Source: the human T2T-CHM13v2.0 reference genome, Homo sapiens
DNA length: 64,000 nucleotides
Strand: one strand, 5' to 3'
Assembly: GCF_009914755.1 (NCBI RefSeq)
Contig: NC_060927.1
Shown: piece after piece, positions 33,495 through 55,989 of the stretch
How the letters are laid out: the number at the start of each line of letters is the position of its first letter
Position numbering within the stretch: position 1 is the first letter of the stretch
Position numbers and translations under genes: made by a program
Notes under the pieces: generated by a model
Database searches by the model: none
Told to the model about the DNA's origin: nothing
The model's input: the letters and a program-made list of their open reading frames with translations, nothing else

Positions 33495-34826
33495 TGATAT
33501 AATTTAACTGTGTTTTAGGTAACATGTTAATGAGGGAAAATGTTTACCAGTGTAGCATTGGATCAAAAAGTTTATCACACAGTGTTTTAATAAATGGTTT
33601 ATTCTGCTTACCTTATTTGAATTGTCATTATAATTTTATATGCAACCTTAATTTGTCAAGTAAATACTTTCATTTAATTTGAAAGAATTCATATTCATTT
33701 GCTCTTTCATTTGACAATAATAAAATTTAAGGTTTATTACCTGGAAAGAGTGCAAGAAAATACTAAACAACTTTATCAAACTGATTCACACTGAGGGGAG
33801 GTTATTTTGTAACAAATAATGGACCACAAGTTCATTTTGTATTCTTCTGTAGTAGAGGCTACTGATATGAATTTAAGAAAAAACCTTAGAATCTTAACTT
33901 TTCACATCTGCAGATGCAGTGTGCCATTCTGAATTTTTCAATCTAAGGGATGTGGATACATAGAATGTTTAAAAAGATAACAATTAGAATGAAAAATTAA
34001 AATTATGTATGCTTTTATATGGGTTACTTTTTATTGATCACATTTCTCTGGAAATTTTTCTTTATATTTTTTCACAGTTGTCTTTCTAGCTACTGAAAAA
34101 ATTATACAAATATCTTTGGCCATTTAAATGTTTATCATTGTGCAGTGAACTGTTTTAGTAACTTTCTGTTTGACCTTTTTAGAAGGTTGCATCCTTAAAA
34201 TGTGAACCAGATACATGGCTTTGCATTGAAGAGGAAAGCAGTAGAATGTCAGGTTACTTTAGGCAGTGTGACAGTATATAAATGAAATGTGGAGGATGGT
34301 GGTAACAATTTGATTTTCCACACAGCAAAACCACAGTCCCGCCACCTAACAAAGCCCTGTTTATGCCACACACCAGCATCTGAGGGAAGAGGAGGCACTG
34401 TGACAAAGCAGCGCTGATGCTGCTCAGCCTGCGATGATTACAGCTCATCTGCACAGCCATCTGAAAGTTTAATACATACTCATCAGAGGGAACATGCCGG
34501 GACAATTTTGGGTTCCAATACAAAAGTTAAGCATCAAACAGGTTTTTCTTTCCATTTGATTAAATGTGCTGATTTTATTTTACTGTTGCATTAGAAACAA
34601 ACAAGTTATCTTTCGCTATTTAATTTTCCCTCTATGCAAATTGTGTTATTACAGCTGACCGCTATCAGTAAATCTTAATTCTGTCAGTCCCATTGCTTCC
34701 TTTTTTATAAAAATACTGTGTCCCCCTTTACTGTCATGAAGTGAAATTCATAAATATATTTCCTACACATATAATTTAAATGTATATAATTGTTATATGA
34801 CAGAACTAAAAAGAACTTGTAATTCA

Positions 34827-37245
<2,419 letters not shown>

Positions 37246-37324
37246 AAATATGAATATAAAAATAAATTTTTTGCCTAGTTGATTTTGGGAATCTTCATAT
37301 GCTTAGAAAATTAACCTTTTTCTA

Positions 37325-37390
37325 TTAGGCTGGTGCAAAAGTAATTGCGGTTTTTTTGCCATTAAAAGTAATGGCATAAACCATTACTTC
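37325..37390. mobile_element. MADE1 (mariner-derived MITE)
   Basis: ttaggctggtgcaaaagtaattgcggttttt..gccattaaaagtaatggc..aaacc matches the MADE1 palindrome; right arm eroded. Confidence 0.88.
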
Positions 37391-38894
37391 TATTAATAAA
37401 ACCCTCAATTTTCATTTTCATAGCCTTTCAGAATGGGAGTAAGCTTTGCAGTCAACCTGCTCCTTCATCTTATCTGTACACTTGATAAATCTGATTCAGT
37501 GGTTGGAACGGAATCTGCTTTTCCTGTATTGGTTACAAGCAAGCACTTTGCCTGGGTGAGTGTAGCTGCAGTATAGCATAGAATTAAGACTACAGTTTCA
37601 TAGTCAGCGCAGCTTGAAATGTTGGCTCTATCATTTACTAGCTGTGTGATCTTGCACAAAATCCTTAACTTCTCTGTGCCTGTTTCCTCAACTAAAATGG
37701 TATAACATTGTTATCTACCTCATGGAGTTGTTATGAAGATTAAATAAATGCATTTTAACTGCAAGAACAGTGCTTGACACAGTAAGCACTCAACAAATGT
37801 CAGCCATTATTATTGATCACTACTGATGCTGGTAATCTCTTTGCCTTAATTATAGAATTGCTTTTAAGAAAGGAATATTGTTTGCAGAGATACTTCTTGT
37901 AAGACTTATGATGTGTGTGTGCAGCTACAACCTGTAAAAAAATTGCCAGCATGAGTCTTCAGGAGAGTGGTTTATAACCTTTTTTTTTTTTTTTAACTAC
38001 CCTAACACATTCCCATCAGCAACAATAGGTTCTCCCACAGTGGTTCCCAAAGAAGTGTGTGTGTACCAAGCAGGGCAGGGAATAGAGTTAGAGAAAACTG
38101 CTCAAGGGAGTGCAGTGGCACACACCTGCAGTCTCAGCTATTTGGGAGGCTGAGGCAGGAGGATTGCTTGAGGCCAGGAGTTTAAGGCTGTAGTGTGTGA
38201 TGGCCATGCCTGTGAATAGCTACTGCACTCCAGGCTGGGCAACACAGCGAGACTCCATCTCAAAACAAAACAAAAAGAAAAAACTGCCCAGATGAAAATC
38301 TTGCTCAAAAACTCTTTAAACTATTTCAGCACAGGTGAAATGTTCTATGCCATTTGCATTTTATCTGAGCCTCTAAGGAGATGCCTACCAACTATGTAAA
38401 TTTATTGGGACTTAAACTCTATAGTAGTCATTCTTATACCTTCATTGTAAATTAACCTCTGCCATACTAACTCTAGCTCTGCTTTTTCTACTTTTACAGA
38501 AACTATACATTTTTAATATTATATATTTATAATAAAAGTTTATTGCATGCCTGCTATATATGGGGCTTCACCATTATGACAAAGAATTTTAATAAAAAGT
38601 CTTCTCTCTTCAGAGACTACAGGGTCTGTTAGGGAATATTAGCTTTACAACAGAATTGTAAAGTTTAAAGTGTTGAACCTTCTAAGAGAAGTAGAAGAGA
38701 GAAACCATATTCTACTACAGCATTACACCATATGTGACTACAAGAACCATTTCTCATGTGGATTATAAAAATCTGTTTCTATTGTATGTAACAACATGTG
38801 GTAAGTGGTATGTGTGGGGTATGGGGGGTCTGCCCACTGACAAAAAGACCCTATTAAGGAAGAAAATAACATAATCATTTCTTTATGTGTATAG

Positions 38895-39075
38895 ATCTGT
38901 GTTGTCTAATAGTATAGCTACTAGCCACATGTAGCTATGTAAAATTTAATTAATTACAATGAAATTTAAAATTCAGTCCCATGGTTATACTAGCCACATT
39001 TCAAAGGCTCAGTAGTCACATATGGATAGTGGCTTCCATATTGGATATTACAGAACAGAATATTCCCTTCAGTGA
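38895..39075. mobile_element. hAT MER3/MER33-like DNA transposon
   Basis: ctgtgttgtctaatag..ctagccacatgtagcta...attggacagcac. Confidence 0.7.
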
Positions 39076-39496
39076 AGAAAATTCTATTGGACAGCACAAT
39101 GTCGATGATCCATTCTATTTTCTCAGAATTTCAGAATCATGGACACCTCAGTGATATATCAAAATCTGTTTTAAGTGACCTTCTGCATACCTTCAAAAGA
39201 TTATCTTAAAACTAGGATGTTGAACATGTGCCTTACTTTACTAACTACATCTTATCCTTAACAAAAAGGAAAGTAGTATATGTTTTTAAATCTTTAGCTG
39301 CCAAATTCACTGGACCTGGAGAAAAAAAATACAAAGATTCCAAATTATATGAAAAACCTCAGTGTTTACTATAAAAAGGGATTGTTGACATAGTTTCCCA
39401 TTCTTTAGGTTTTGTAAGAATTTCTTAAGTTTGCAAAATGACAATATTTTAAGCTATAAATTCATGTAGCTGCTTTTGTGTCTTTAATAGATGTAT

Positions 39497-39712
39497 AGCA
39501 TTGGTTCTCAACCAGGGGTGATTTTACCTCACAGAGGACATTTGGCGATGTCTGGAGACATTTGTGGATGTCCACAACGTAGTGGAGGTGCTACCAGGAT
39601 CTAGTGGGTAGAGGCCAGGGATGCTGCTAAACGTCCACAAGGCATAGGACAGCCCCACAACAAAGAACTGTCAGGCCCCAAAATGTCATCAGCAGTGAGG
39701 TTGAGAAGTCCT
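39497..39712. mobile_element. MER20 DNA transposon
   Basis: tggttctcaaccagggg...ggacatttggcgatgtctggagacattt...gaggttgagaa. Confidence 0.85.
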
Positions 39713-39953
39713 GATTAATAATAACTTATATACATTTTGATAATATTTTGGGGAAGTTAGAATTCCCTACTAGAAATTTGCTAAAATATGGCCATTGATA
39801 ATAATCAAACTTGTATAGCCCTTATTATGCATCAAACTCTTTTCTAAGAGCTTTATGTATATTAACTCACTTAATCTTTGCAAAAACCCTTCCTATTATT
39901 ATCAACTCTTTCTACAGGTAAAGCAATGTAGGCACCAAGAGGTTACATAACCT

Positions 39954-40287
39954 GCTGCCATGGACCAAATTGTGTCTTCCCAAAACTCAGATGTCAAAGT
40001 CCTAACCCCCAATGTGATTATATTTTGAGGCAGTTGGTGGCTTTATAGGAAGAGGATGAGAGGGATATCTCTCTTTTCATGAATGTACCCAAGAAAACTA
40101 TGTAGGGACACAGTGAGAAGGCAGCTATCTGCCATCCCAGGAGAGAGCACTCCCCAGCCATCAACCCTGCTGGCACCTTGATGTTAGACTTGCCAGCCTC
40201 CCAAATTGTGAGAAAATACATTTCTGTTGTTTCAGCCACAAAACCCAGTCTATGGCATTTTGTTTGGCAGCCCAAGCTGACTAATAC
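39954..40287 (+). mobile_element. MaLR solo LTR (MLT1A/B-like) inserted in a MIR
   Basis: tgccatggac..aattgtgtc..ctaacccccaatgtg start; ctgctggcaccttgat; gcagcccaagctgactaatac end. Confidence 0.8.
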
Positions 40288-40576
40288 CTGCCTAAGATGA
40301 CACTGGTGGAAGGAAAATGGTCCGAATGCAGGCAGTCTGGCTCTGGAATCCACATTCTTCACTACTTGCTTAACACTGTCTCAGTAAAATACCTTCTCTG
40401 AACCTATTTTCCTCCAAAATTGCTTTTTTAAAGTTTGTTCACATATTTTGGTTTTTAGTTCTGTAAAGCTACAAACAAACTTCATTTATAGAGATATTTT
40501 AGAGCTGTATATTCTGTTTTCAACTCTTGGCCAAACCATTTCGTGGTGTTCTATACAATTTTATGGTGTTTTAGTA

Positions 40577-40910
40577 CAGTGGTTCCCCAATTTTTTTGGC
40601 ACCAGGGACAGATTTCATGGAAGACAATTTTTCCACAGTGGGGTGGAAGATGGTTTTGGGATGAAACTGTTCCACCTCAGATCCTCAGGCATTAGTTAGA
40701 TTCTCATAAGGAGCGCCCAACCTAGATCCCTCACATGCACAGTTCACAATAGGGTTGGCGCTCCCATGAGAATCTCATGCTGCTGCTGACCTGACAGGAG
40801 GCAGAGCTCAGGCAGTACTGCTTGCTCGCTGCTCCCCTCCTGCTGTGCAGCCCAGTTCCTAACAGGCCAGGGACTGGTACTAGTCCATGGCCCAGGCACT
40901 GGGGACCCCT
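40577..40910. mobile_element. MER1B DNA transposon
   Basis: cagtggttccccaa...ggggacccctg termini; gcattagttagattctcataaggagcg core. Confidence 0.88.
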
Positions 40911-41611
40911 GTTTTATTATACTGCTGTCATATCTGATCTAAATGCAAATGTTCATATGCTAAAAAGGGAATTTATGTTTGTTTTAAAACACTAAGAGCA
41001 TATGAAGATATCATTGGTAAAAAATAGTATATTAACATAATTGGTACAGTTTTCATAAATGCTAAAACAATATTGGAGCAGATTATTACTAACATTTATC
41101 AATAGTTTCAAATTTGGTTCCAAGAACAGATAATGTGGTGAAAGTGTTAAGCCCTTCTGCTCATGCAGAAGTATAATGATGTCTCAATACTGGGGTTCCT
41201 TGAAAAATCAATTATGTCTTTGATAAAGCCAGGTTTAATAAAGAGATAATGGTGCATAATATAAGCAGTTAATTTTGTGTTTAGTATGGTATCTTCTTTC
41301 AAACACTAGTGAATCAGCTGGCAATACACTTGGCAACAAATATCAGAAAACTGCTGCTGCTTAAACAGATAAGGGTGTCACTGTCCTGCACAATAAGAAG
41401 TCCAGGGGTAGGAAGTCCAGGGCTGGTACAGCAGGTCAGTGGTGCCATCAGAAACTAGGCTTTCTGCTGTCTGCTCTTGACCATGTCAGAGTGATGGCTC
41501 ATTCTCCTGCCCTCTCTCTCATGTTCCCAAGATGAATGCTGTATTTTCAGACAGGCCTCATATTTATGTTCTTGGGAAAAAGGATTTTTTTTTTCTTTAG
41601 CAAGACATTGA

Positions 41612-43880
<2,269 letters not shown>

Positions 43881-44581
43881 TTTTTAAAAAAGAAAGAGAT
43901 GGCTATTATTATTGAAGACCATAACCAACACCCTTTTACATTTGCTACTAAATGGAAAATAAAAGAAAATGCATTAATGGTGTTCCATTTGTCTTATTGT
44001 TCAACTCTTCAAGAAATCATTCAAATCAAAATAATTGTTTTTCTCATCTTGTTCTGGTCCCCTGTGGAGGTAACCTGAGAAAGCTCCTTGGAGTTCATTA
44101 GAAGGGCCACACTTTCAAGAAGTTTCTCAAAACTCAGAAGAAAAAAGTAATGGAAGAAGTGATTTTTTTAAGGGAAAATGTTTTATTAATTCCATCTCTC
44201 TTCTAGAATATTTTTCAGGGTTTTAAATGTGCAAAATCTTGGAGCTACCCCCAATTATAAGACGAAAATTTTAGTGTAGCCTGAAATTCCTCACTGAACT
44301 CTGAACTCCCACTTTTCTGACAATACGCTTAGATCTTCTTCTTTTTTTTTTTTTTTTCTTTTTTTTTTTTTTATTATACTTTAAGTTTTAGGGTACATGT
44401 GCACATTGCGCAGGTTAGTTACATATGTATACATGTGCCATGCTGGTGCGCTGCACCCACTAACTCGTCATGTAGCCTTAGGTATATCTATCTCCCAATG
44501 CTATCCCTCCCCGCTCCCCCCACCCCACCACAGTCCCCAGAGTGTGATATTCCCCTTCATGTGTCCATGTGATCTCATTGT

Positions 44582-48394
<3,813 letters not shown>

Positions 48395-48430
48395 TTAGTT
48401 GATGCAGTTTCTTCCTAGTCTCGATGGTCT

Positions 48431-49447
48431 TTACATTTTGGCATGATTTTGCAGCGGCTGGTACCGGTTGTTCCTTTCCATGTTTAGCGCTTCCTTCAGG
48501 AGCTCTTTTAGGGCAGGCCTGGTGGTGACAAAATCTCTCAGCATTTGCTTGTCTGTAAAGTATTTTATTTCTCCTTCACTTATGAAGCTTAGTTTGGCTG
48601 GATATGAAATTCTGGGTTGAAAATTCTTTTCTTTAAGAATGTTGAATATTGGCCCCCACTCTCTTCTGGCTTGTAGGGTTTCTGCCGAGAGATCCACTGT
48701 TAGTCTGATGGGCTTCCCTTTGAGGGTAACCCGACCTTTCTCTCTGGCTGCCCTTAACATTTTTTCCTTCATTTCAACTTTGGTGAATCTGACAATTATG
48801 TGTCTTGGAGTTGCTCTTCTCGAGGAGTATCTTTGTGGTGTTCTCTGTATTTCCTGAATCTGAACGTTGGCCTGCCTTGCTAGACTGGGGAAGTTCTCCT
48901 GGATAATATCCTGTAGAGTGTTTTCCAACTTGGTTCCATTCTCCGCATCACTTTCAGGTACACCAATCAGACGTAGATTTGGTCTTTTCACATAGTCCCA
49001 TATTTCTTGGAGGCTTTGCTCATTTCTTTTTATTCTTTTTTCTCTAACCTTCCCTTCTCGCTTCATTTCATTCATTTCATCTTCCATTGCTGATACCCTT
49101 TCTTCCAGTTGATCGCATTGGCTCCTGAGGCTTCTGCATTCTTCACGTAGTTCTCGAGCCTTGGTTTTCAGCTCCATCAGCTCCTTTAAGCACTTCTCTG
49201 TATTGGTTATTCTAGTTATACATTCTTCTAAATTTTTTTCAAAGTTTTCAACTTCTTTGCCTTTGGTTTGAATGTCCTCCCGTAGCTCAGAGTAATTTGA
49301 TTGTCTGAAGCCTTCTTCTCTCAACTCGTCAAAGTCATTCTCCATCCAGCTTTGTTCCATTGCTGGTGAGGAACTGCGTTCCTTTGGAGGAGGAGAGGCG
49401 CTCTGCGTTTTAGAGTTTCCAGTTTTTCTGTTCTGTTTTATCCCCAT
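48431..49447 (-). CDS. L1 ORF1p, 338 aa, open
   Basis: Coiled coil, RRM and CTD; REKG, ARR and YPAKLS intact; 63-nt inter-ORF spacer. Confidence 0.95.
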   Translation of the reverse strand: MGIKQNRKTGNSKTQSASPPPKERSSSPAMEQSWMENDFDELREEGFRQSNYSELREDIQTKGKEVENFEKNLEECITRITNTEKCLKELMELKTKARELREECRSLRSQCDQLEERVSAMEDEMNEMKREGKVREKRIKRNEQSLQEIWDYVKRPNLRLIGVPESDAENGTKLENTLQDIIQENFPSLARQANVQIQEIQRTPQRYSSRRATPRHIIVRFTKVEMKEKMLRAAREKGRVTLKGKPIRLTVDLSAETLQARREWGPIFNILKEKNFQPRISYPAKLSFISEGEIKYFTDKQMLRDFVTTRPALKELLKEALNMERNNRYQPLQNHAKM

Positions 49448-49901
49448 CTTTGTGGTTTTATCTACTTTTGGTCTTGATGATGGTGATGTACAGATGGGTT
49501 TTCGGTGTGGATGTCCTTTCTGTTTGTTAGTTTTCCTTCTAACAGACAGGACCCTCAGCTGCAGGTCTGTTGGAATACCCTGCCGTGTGAGGTGTCAGTG
49601 TGCCCCTGCTGGGGGGTGCCTCCCAGTTAGGCTGCTCGGGGGTCAGGGGTCAGGGACCCACTTGAGGAGGCAGTCTGCCCGTTCTCAGATCTCCAGCTGC
49701 CTGCTGGGAGAACCACTGCTCTCTTCAAAGCTGTCAGACAGGGACATTTAAGTCTGCAGAGGTTACTGCTGTCTTTTTGTTTGTCTGTGCCCTGCCCCCA
49801 GAGCTGGAGCCTACGGAGGCAGGCAGGCCTCCTTGAGCTGTGGTGGGCTCCACCCAGTTGGAGCTTCCCGGCTGCTTTGTTTACCTAAGCAAGCCTGGGC
49901 A

Positions 49902-50129
49902 ATGGCGGGCGCCCCTCCCCCAGCCTCGCTGCCGCCTTGCAGTTTGATCTCAGACTGCTGTGCTAGCAATCAGCGAGATTCCGTGGGGAGATTCCGTGGG
50001 GTAGGACCCTCCGAGCCAGGTGAGGGATATAATCTCGTGGTGTGCCGTTCTTTAAGCCGGTCTGAAAAGCGCAATATTCGGGTGGGAGTGACCCGATTTT
50101 CCAGGTGCGTCCGTCACTCCTTTCTTTGA
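49902..50129 (+). CDS. L1 ORF0 (antisense), 75 aa
   Basis: MAGAPPPASLPPCSLISDCCASNQRDSVG[RFRG]VGPSEPG...RCVRHSFL*; the known 71-aa ORF0 plus 4 residues. Confidence 0.8.
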   Translation: MAGAPPPASLPPCSLISDCCASNQRDSVGRFRGVGPSEPGEGYNLVVCRSLSRSEKRNIRVGVTRFSRCVRHSFL

Positions 50130-51199
50130 CTTGGAAAGGGAACTCCCTGACCCCTTGCGCTTCCCAGGTGAGGCAATGCCTCGCCCTGCTTCGGCTCGCG
50201 CCCGGTGCGCGCACCCACTGGCCTGCGCCCACTGTCTGGCACTCCCTAGTGAGATGAACCCAGTACCTCAGATGGAAATGCAGAAATCACCCGTCTTCTG
50301 TGTCGCTCACGCTGGGAGCTGTAGACCGGAGCTGTTCCTATTCGGCCATCTTGGCTCCTCCTCCAGATCTTCTTAAGGATGAAAAATATGGGCTTGGATT
50401 CTTCCCATAACTCATGCTTCAAATAGCCGTTGATGACCCTGAAGCCATAGTGCTGTGTTTCGGTCAAACAACAGCCCAGAACTGAAGTTTTGTGAGGGCA
50501 TAAGGCACCTAATAAAGCATAGGAGCTCTGGAGTCCTCCCAACTTCACCATTCCTTGCTGTTAGGTCCTTAAGGTGAATGCAAAGTGAAAGGAGCAACTT
50601 TCAAAGTTCTTGCTGTAGCTTCCACCCTTAGCTCTCAAACCCACTAACTAACCCAGCAAAGTCTGGGGGGCCTCAGATCAGCCCAACCCTCTGCCAGCTC
50701 CACCTTCACAGACGAGGAACCAGGGCCCCAGTGCTGTGCCTAAGACCTCCTTCAACTTAGCAGTAGCCCAGTGGAAGCTGCAGGATCCCGGATCCAGATC
50801 CAGTGTGCGTGGCAAGGCCAGCACCCCTCCCTGCCCCCAACACTGTCCACCACCATCTGCTTTGAGTCCAGCAATCTCATCCTGCCCTTTATCCTAGTTA
50901 GATACCTCAACACAAGAAACCCAGTTTTCCAGCTCAACTCACATTCTCCTAACTCTAATTCCAAGTAGTTCTTTACATTCCCTTTTATTCCTGCAACTCC
51001 CACCCCTTCCTGACTTCTGAAACTTGTCCTCTGTGCCCTCCAATATTTACACCAACAAAATTTCCTCCGTCCTCTTCCCTTCCCTACAAATTCCCTCCAT
51101 TTTGTTTTCCCTAAAACCTGGTTCTCCCCCAAGGACACTGTTTCTTCTGCAACACTTCTGCTCCCCTCATCCAACTGGACCTGGCAACATGCAAGACGT

Positions 51200-52960
51200 C
51201 TTCATTTCTCTTCATTGCTGCTCTCCTTCCTTCCCTAAAAACACCCAGCTTTGAGTCTCATGTGACTGGACTCCAGCAGTCACTGTGTCTTCTTGCAGCC
51301 CCACAAATCACTCGCTGAGTTGCTAGCTCCCAGCTCTCCATCACTACTCTTGATAATTCTTGGTGATTTCAATACCCACATGGCTGATGCTTCTCATACC
51401 CTGGCCTCTCCATCCCCTGATCTCATCTCTTCCAGTGATGTGCTCTCCACCCCTGCCTTGACTGCCACTCACTCCAGTGGTCACACCCTTAAGCAAGACT
51501 CCTCAAGAGTAGCTTACACTAGCTGCCTCCAATTCATTGATTCTCTGTTGAACTGACTCTCATAAGGTTTTCATCCCACTACTTCATAGAAACTGCTCTT
51601 GTCAAGCATCTGCGTGACCTCCAAGTTGTTAAATTCACTGACCAATTCTCAGTCCTTATCCCACTGACCTCTCAGCAGCATTTGCCGTAGTAATCACTGT
51701 TTTCTCCTTGACACTCTTTCTTCCCTTGATATCCAGGATCCACATTCTGTCTCTCCTAATACCCCACTGCCCTCACCTCCTCAAACTCTAGGGCTCAGTC
51801 CTTAGATTTCTCTGCCCTCACCCCAGAGTGATCACACCCAGTCCTGTGGCTCTAAAGGCCATTTATATCTGGGGTGACTCCCAGTGAGTATCTCCAGCCC
51901 AGCCCTCTCCTGTGGGTTCCAGACCCATAGATCTTGTAGACTACTCAAGACCTCAGTTTGGCTGTCTCCCTGGCAGGTCAAATTTAACAGGTACAAGACT
52001 GAGCTCTTGATCTTCCCCACACCCTGCTCCTCCAGAGGATTTCCCACCCTGTTTACCAGAAATTCATCCTTCCAGTTACTCAGGCCCAAAACCTTGGAAT
52101 CACCCTTGCTCCTTTTCTGTCACACCCACAATCCATCCATAAGCAAACTATCTTCCCCCTCCCCTGATTTCTCACCAGGGTTACTGCAGCAGCCTCCAGA
52201 CTGGTTTTTCTGTTTTAACCCTTGCCCCTTCTGTCTGTGATCCTGTTAAAATGTCCATCTGATTGTTGAAAACTTCCAGTGGCTTTCCATCTCACTCAGA
52301 AGGAAAACCTAAGTTCTTGCAGTGATCAGTACTGCCTCACTGGTCTGCTCTGTTTCCTCTCTGAGGACATTTCCTGCTGCGGGCCCCTCACTCTGGGCCA
52401 CCCACACTGACTTTCTTGCTGTTTCTCAAGCTCACCAGGATTTGAGCCAGCTGTTCCTTCTCCCTGAAGTGCTCTACCCTCAGGCAGTCACATGGCTCAC
52501 GCCCTTACCTTCAGGAGGTCTTGACTCTCATCATTTTCTCAATTCAGTCTTGCCTGACCACCCTATTTAAAAGTGAAGCCTTCTCCCTGGTGTATCTCAG
52601 CACTTCCCTTCTCCTTCCCTGCTTGATTTTTCTTCACAGCACTTACCACCATCTGTGGTGGGTTGGAAAACATGGCCACAGTATTTTACAGCTACTCCTA
52701 TCAACCTGGGCTAGGCTTGTGACCAGTAGAATGTGGCAGAAGTTAACGGTGTATCAGCTCCAGAGCCTGGAACTGAAGAGATCTTGCAGCTTCTGCCTTC
52801 ACCCTTTTGGAAAACTGCTCTGAGGCCATCATGCTTTGAGGAAGCCCAGGAGGAAACACTGCAGAGAGGCTCAACCACCCCAGCTCTCCCAGCTGAGCTC
52901 AGCCACCCACCGATCCCCCAGCTGAATGCAACCATAAGAGTGAGTCCAGGTGAGACCAGC
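51200..52960. mobile_element. L2 fragments followed by an MLT1-type LTR (about 52654-52960)
   Basis: L2 EN-like peptide LIILGDFNTH; gacctctcagcagcatttg motif; MLT1-like tgtggtgggttggaaaacatggccac. Confidence 0.7.
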
Positions 52961-53369
52961 AAAGAGCTGCCCAATCAAAGCAAATCTGTATATTTGTGGG
53001 ATAAGTGCATAGAATGAATAGACAAATGAAACATAGGCCAGAGCTTTGTGTGGATTTTAGTTAATATGACTTAGTACTCAGTACTACTTACGAATTCTCT
53101 TTTATACATCAAAGTCTTCACTTGCAATGTGCTATCAGGTAAGAGGTGTTTAAGTGTCACCAGCTGAATCTGGTGTTCCATTTTCTTTACCATAGCGTAT
53201 ATCAAGGGTCAGGCCCACACTGTATATGGAAATAAGGCTTTCATCTCAGTTGCAAATGACTCTAATGTTACTATTGTTTATAAAAGTTGGGGTGTTTAAA
53301 TATTTTAAAGTATTCTTTAACATAACTCCCTCTACCCCACCAGTGGACATTTAACATTTACACGCTTAA

Positions 53370-53673
<304 letters not shown>

Positions 53674-54594
53674 AGTTTTTTCTTATAACTTCCTTATTCT
53701 CTCCACTCTCGATTACTTTTATTCGCCACCAAATGTGAAAAAAAAAAGTCTTTAAAGCAGACTCACCGAAATTTCTAATAAATACTTACTACTTCTTCAT
53801 TCCAGAATACAAAGTCTTTTATGTCCTACTAAAAATAACTTTGACTTTTATGCCCTTGTTTCATTCATTATTATAACCGTAACACTTTTTTTCAAATAAT
53901 TCCCACATATTCGCCACATATCAAATCTATGTTTTGTGGAATTTCTTTTGCTTTTTGTTTGCTAACATTGTATTGTTTGGTCTTCTCTAATAATCTATGT
54001 CTTCTAATAAAATCTCGTACTTTCCAGAGAGTTGCTTAGCAGATTTTTAAAATCTTATTGTGTGAACACATACAGTTCATTTGCATATCTGCCATAATTC
54101 ATTTCCAAATGGAATCTCTATCAGGAAGTATTTTCTATTTCCTTCAGATATACCAATTACTTCATTTTCTCTCTTAGCTACTGTGACTCCTTGTTTAAGA
54201 AGAATATCCTCTGTTATGAGAATGCAGTCATTATTAAAACAATTAGAGTCTTGTTTAGAGAGGAAGATGTTTATGTTATGCCAGATTATAGCCTAAGATT
54301 CAATATTTATGGACTTAATTTATTATAGAAATGAGGAGTTTTAAGCAAGCATACAGATTCTTTCACCCCTATTAAAGCATGTGCAACTTCTCCTATCTTA
54401 AGTAGCCTCAAAAGCAAAAATTTTCACCATCTATTCTTGGTATGACATGTAAGGAAGGTCAGGCTTCCTGTTGATAAAAAGATTTCTCTTTCAGATACAC
54501 AATGATTGTTTCATTATCAATTGGAACAGAGCTGAACTGAATGCTTGGTTTTATACTATGATACCATGCAAGCCTTATAACTAAAAATCTGTTG

Positions 54595-54910
54595 GTTTTG
54601 TGTTTTGTTTTTTGTTTTTTTTTTTTGAGACAGGGTCTCCTTCGCACTGTCACCCAGGCTGGAGTGCAGTAGCGTGATCTCAGCTCACTCCAGCCTCCAG
54701 CCCCCAGCTCAACCAATCCTCCTACCTCAGCCTCCTGATTAGCTGGGACTATAGGCATGTGCCACCATGCCCAGATTTTTTTTGTATTTTTAGTAGAGAC
54801 GGGGTTTTGCTGTGTTGCCCAGACTAGTCTCAAACTCCTGACCTCAGGCGATCCATCCACCTTGGCCTCCCAAAGTACTGGGATTACAGGCGTGAGCCAC
54901 CATGCCCAGC
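54595..54910 (-). mobile_element. Alu (AluJ/S)
   Basis: Alu consensus. Confidence 0.9.
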
Positions 54911-55077
54911 AGAAAAGTCTGCTATTTTAAAGGGAAACAGAGGACAAGAATCATTTGTAAATATCTCAGCTTTCTCCTTTGTGTGTCACACTAGATTCTT
55001 TTACCCCCAAGCTTCTCTATGCCACAGGGACAATGCTAAGTGAAAAGTACCCTGGAATGGACTATGAGACCCTAAGT

Positions 55078-55787
<710 letters not shown>

Positions 55788-55989
55788 GTCCTTGTTAGCT
55801 TTTAACAAGCACAAGACACTACCATTAATTTTTTCTCCCATCTCTCGCAACCCCTCCAGCTCCCCATCATATGTCTCTCCCTTTTCATGGCCAAAGTTCT
55901 GTGGCTGCAACCTTCACTTCTCCACCTTCCTTCCCTCCTCAATCCTCTCCAGTCAGGCTGAGAGTCCTACTCCAGGAGCCAGTGGTTTC

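Noticed and set aside
44380-44470. Assignment of the L1 to active L1HS-Ta
   Set aside because: The 3'UTR shows GAG and A at the Ta-diagnostic positions
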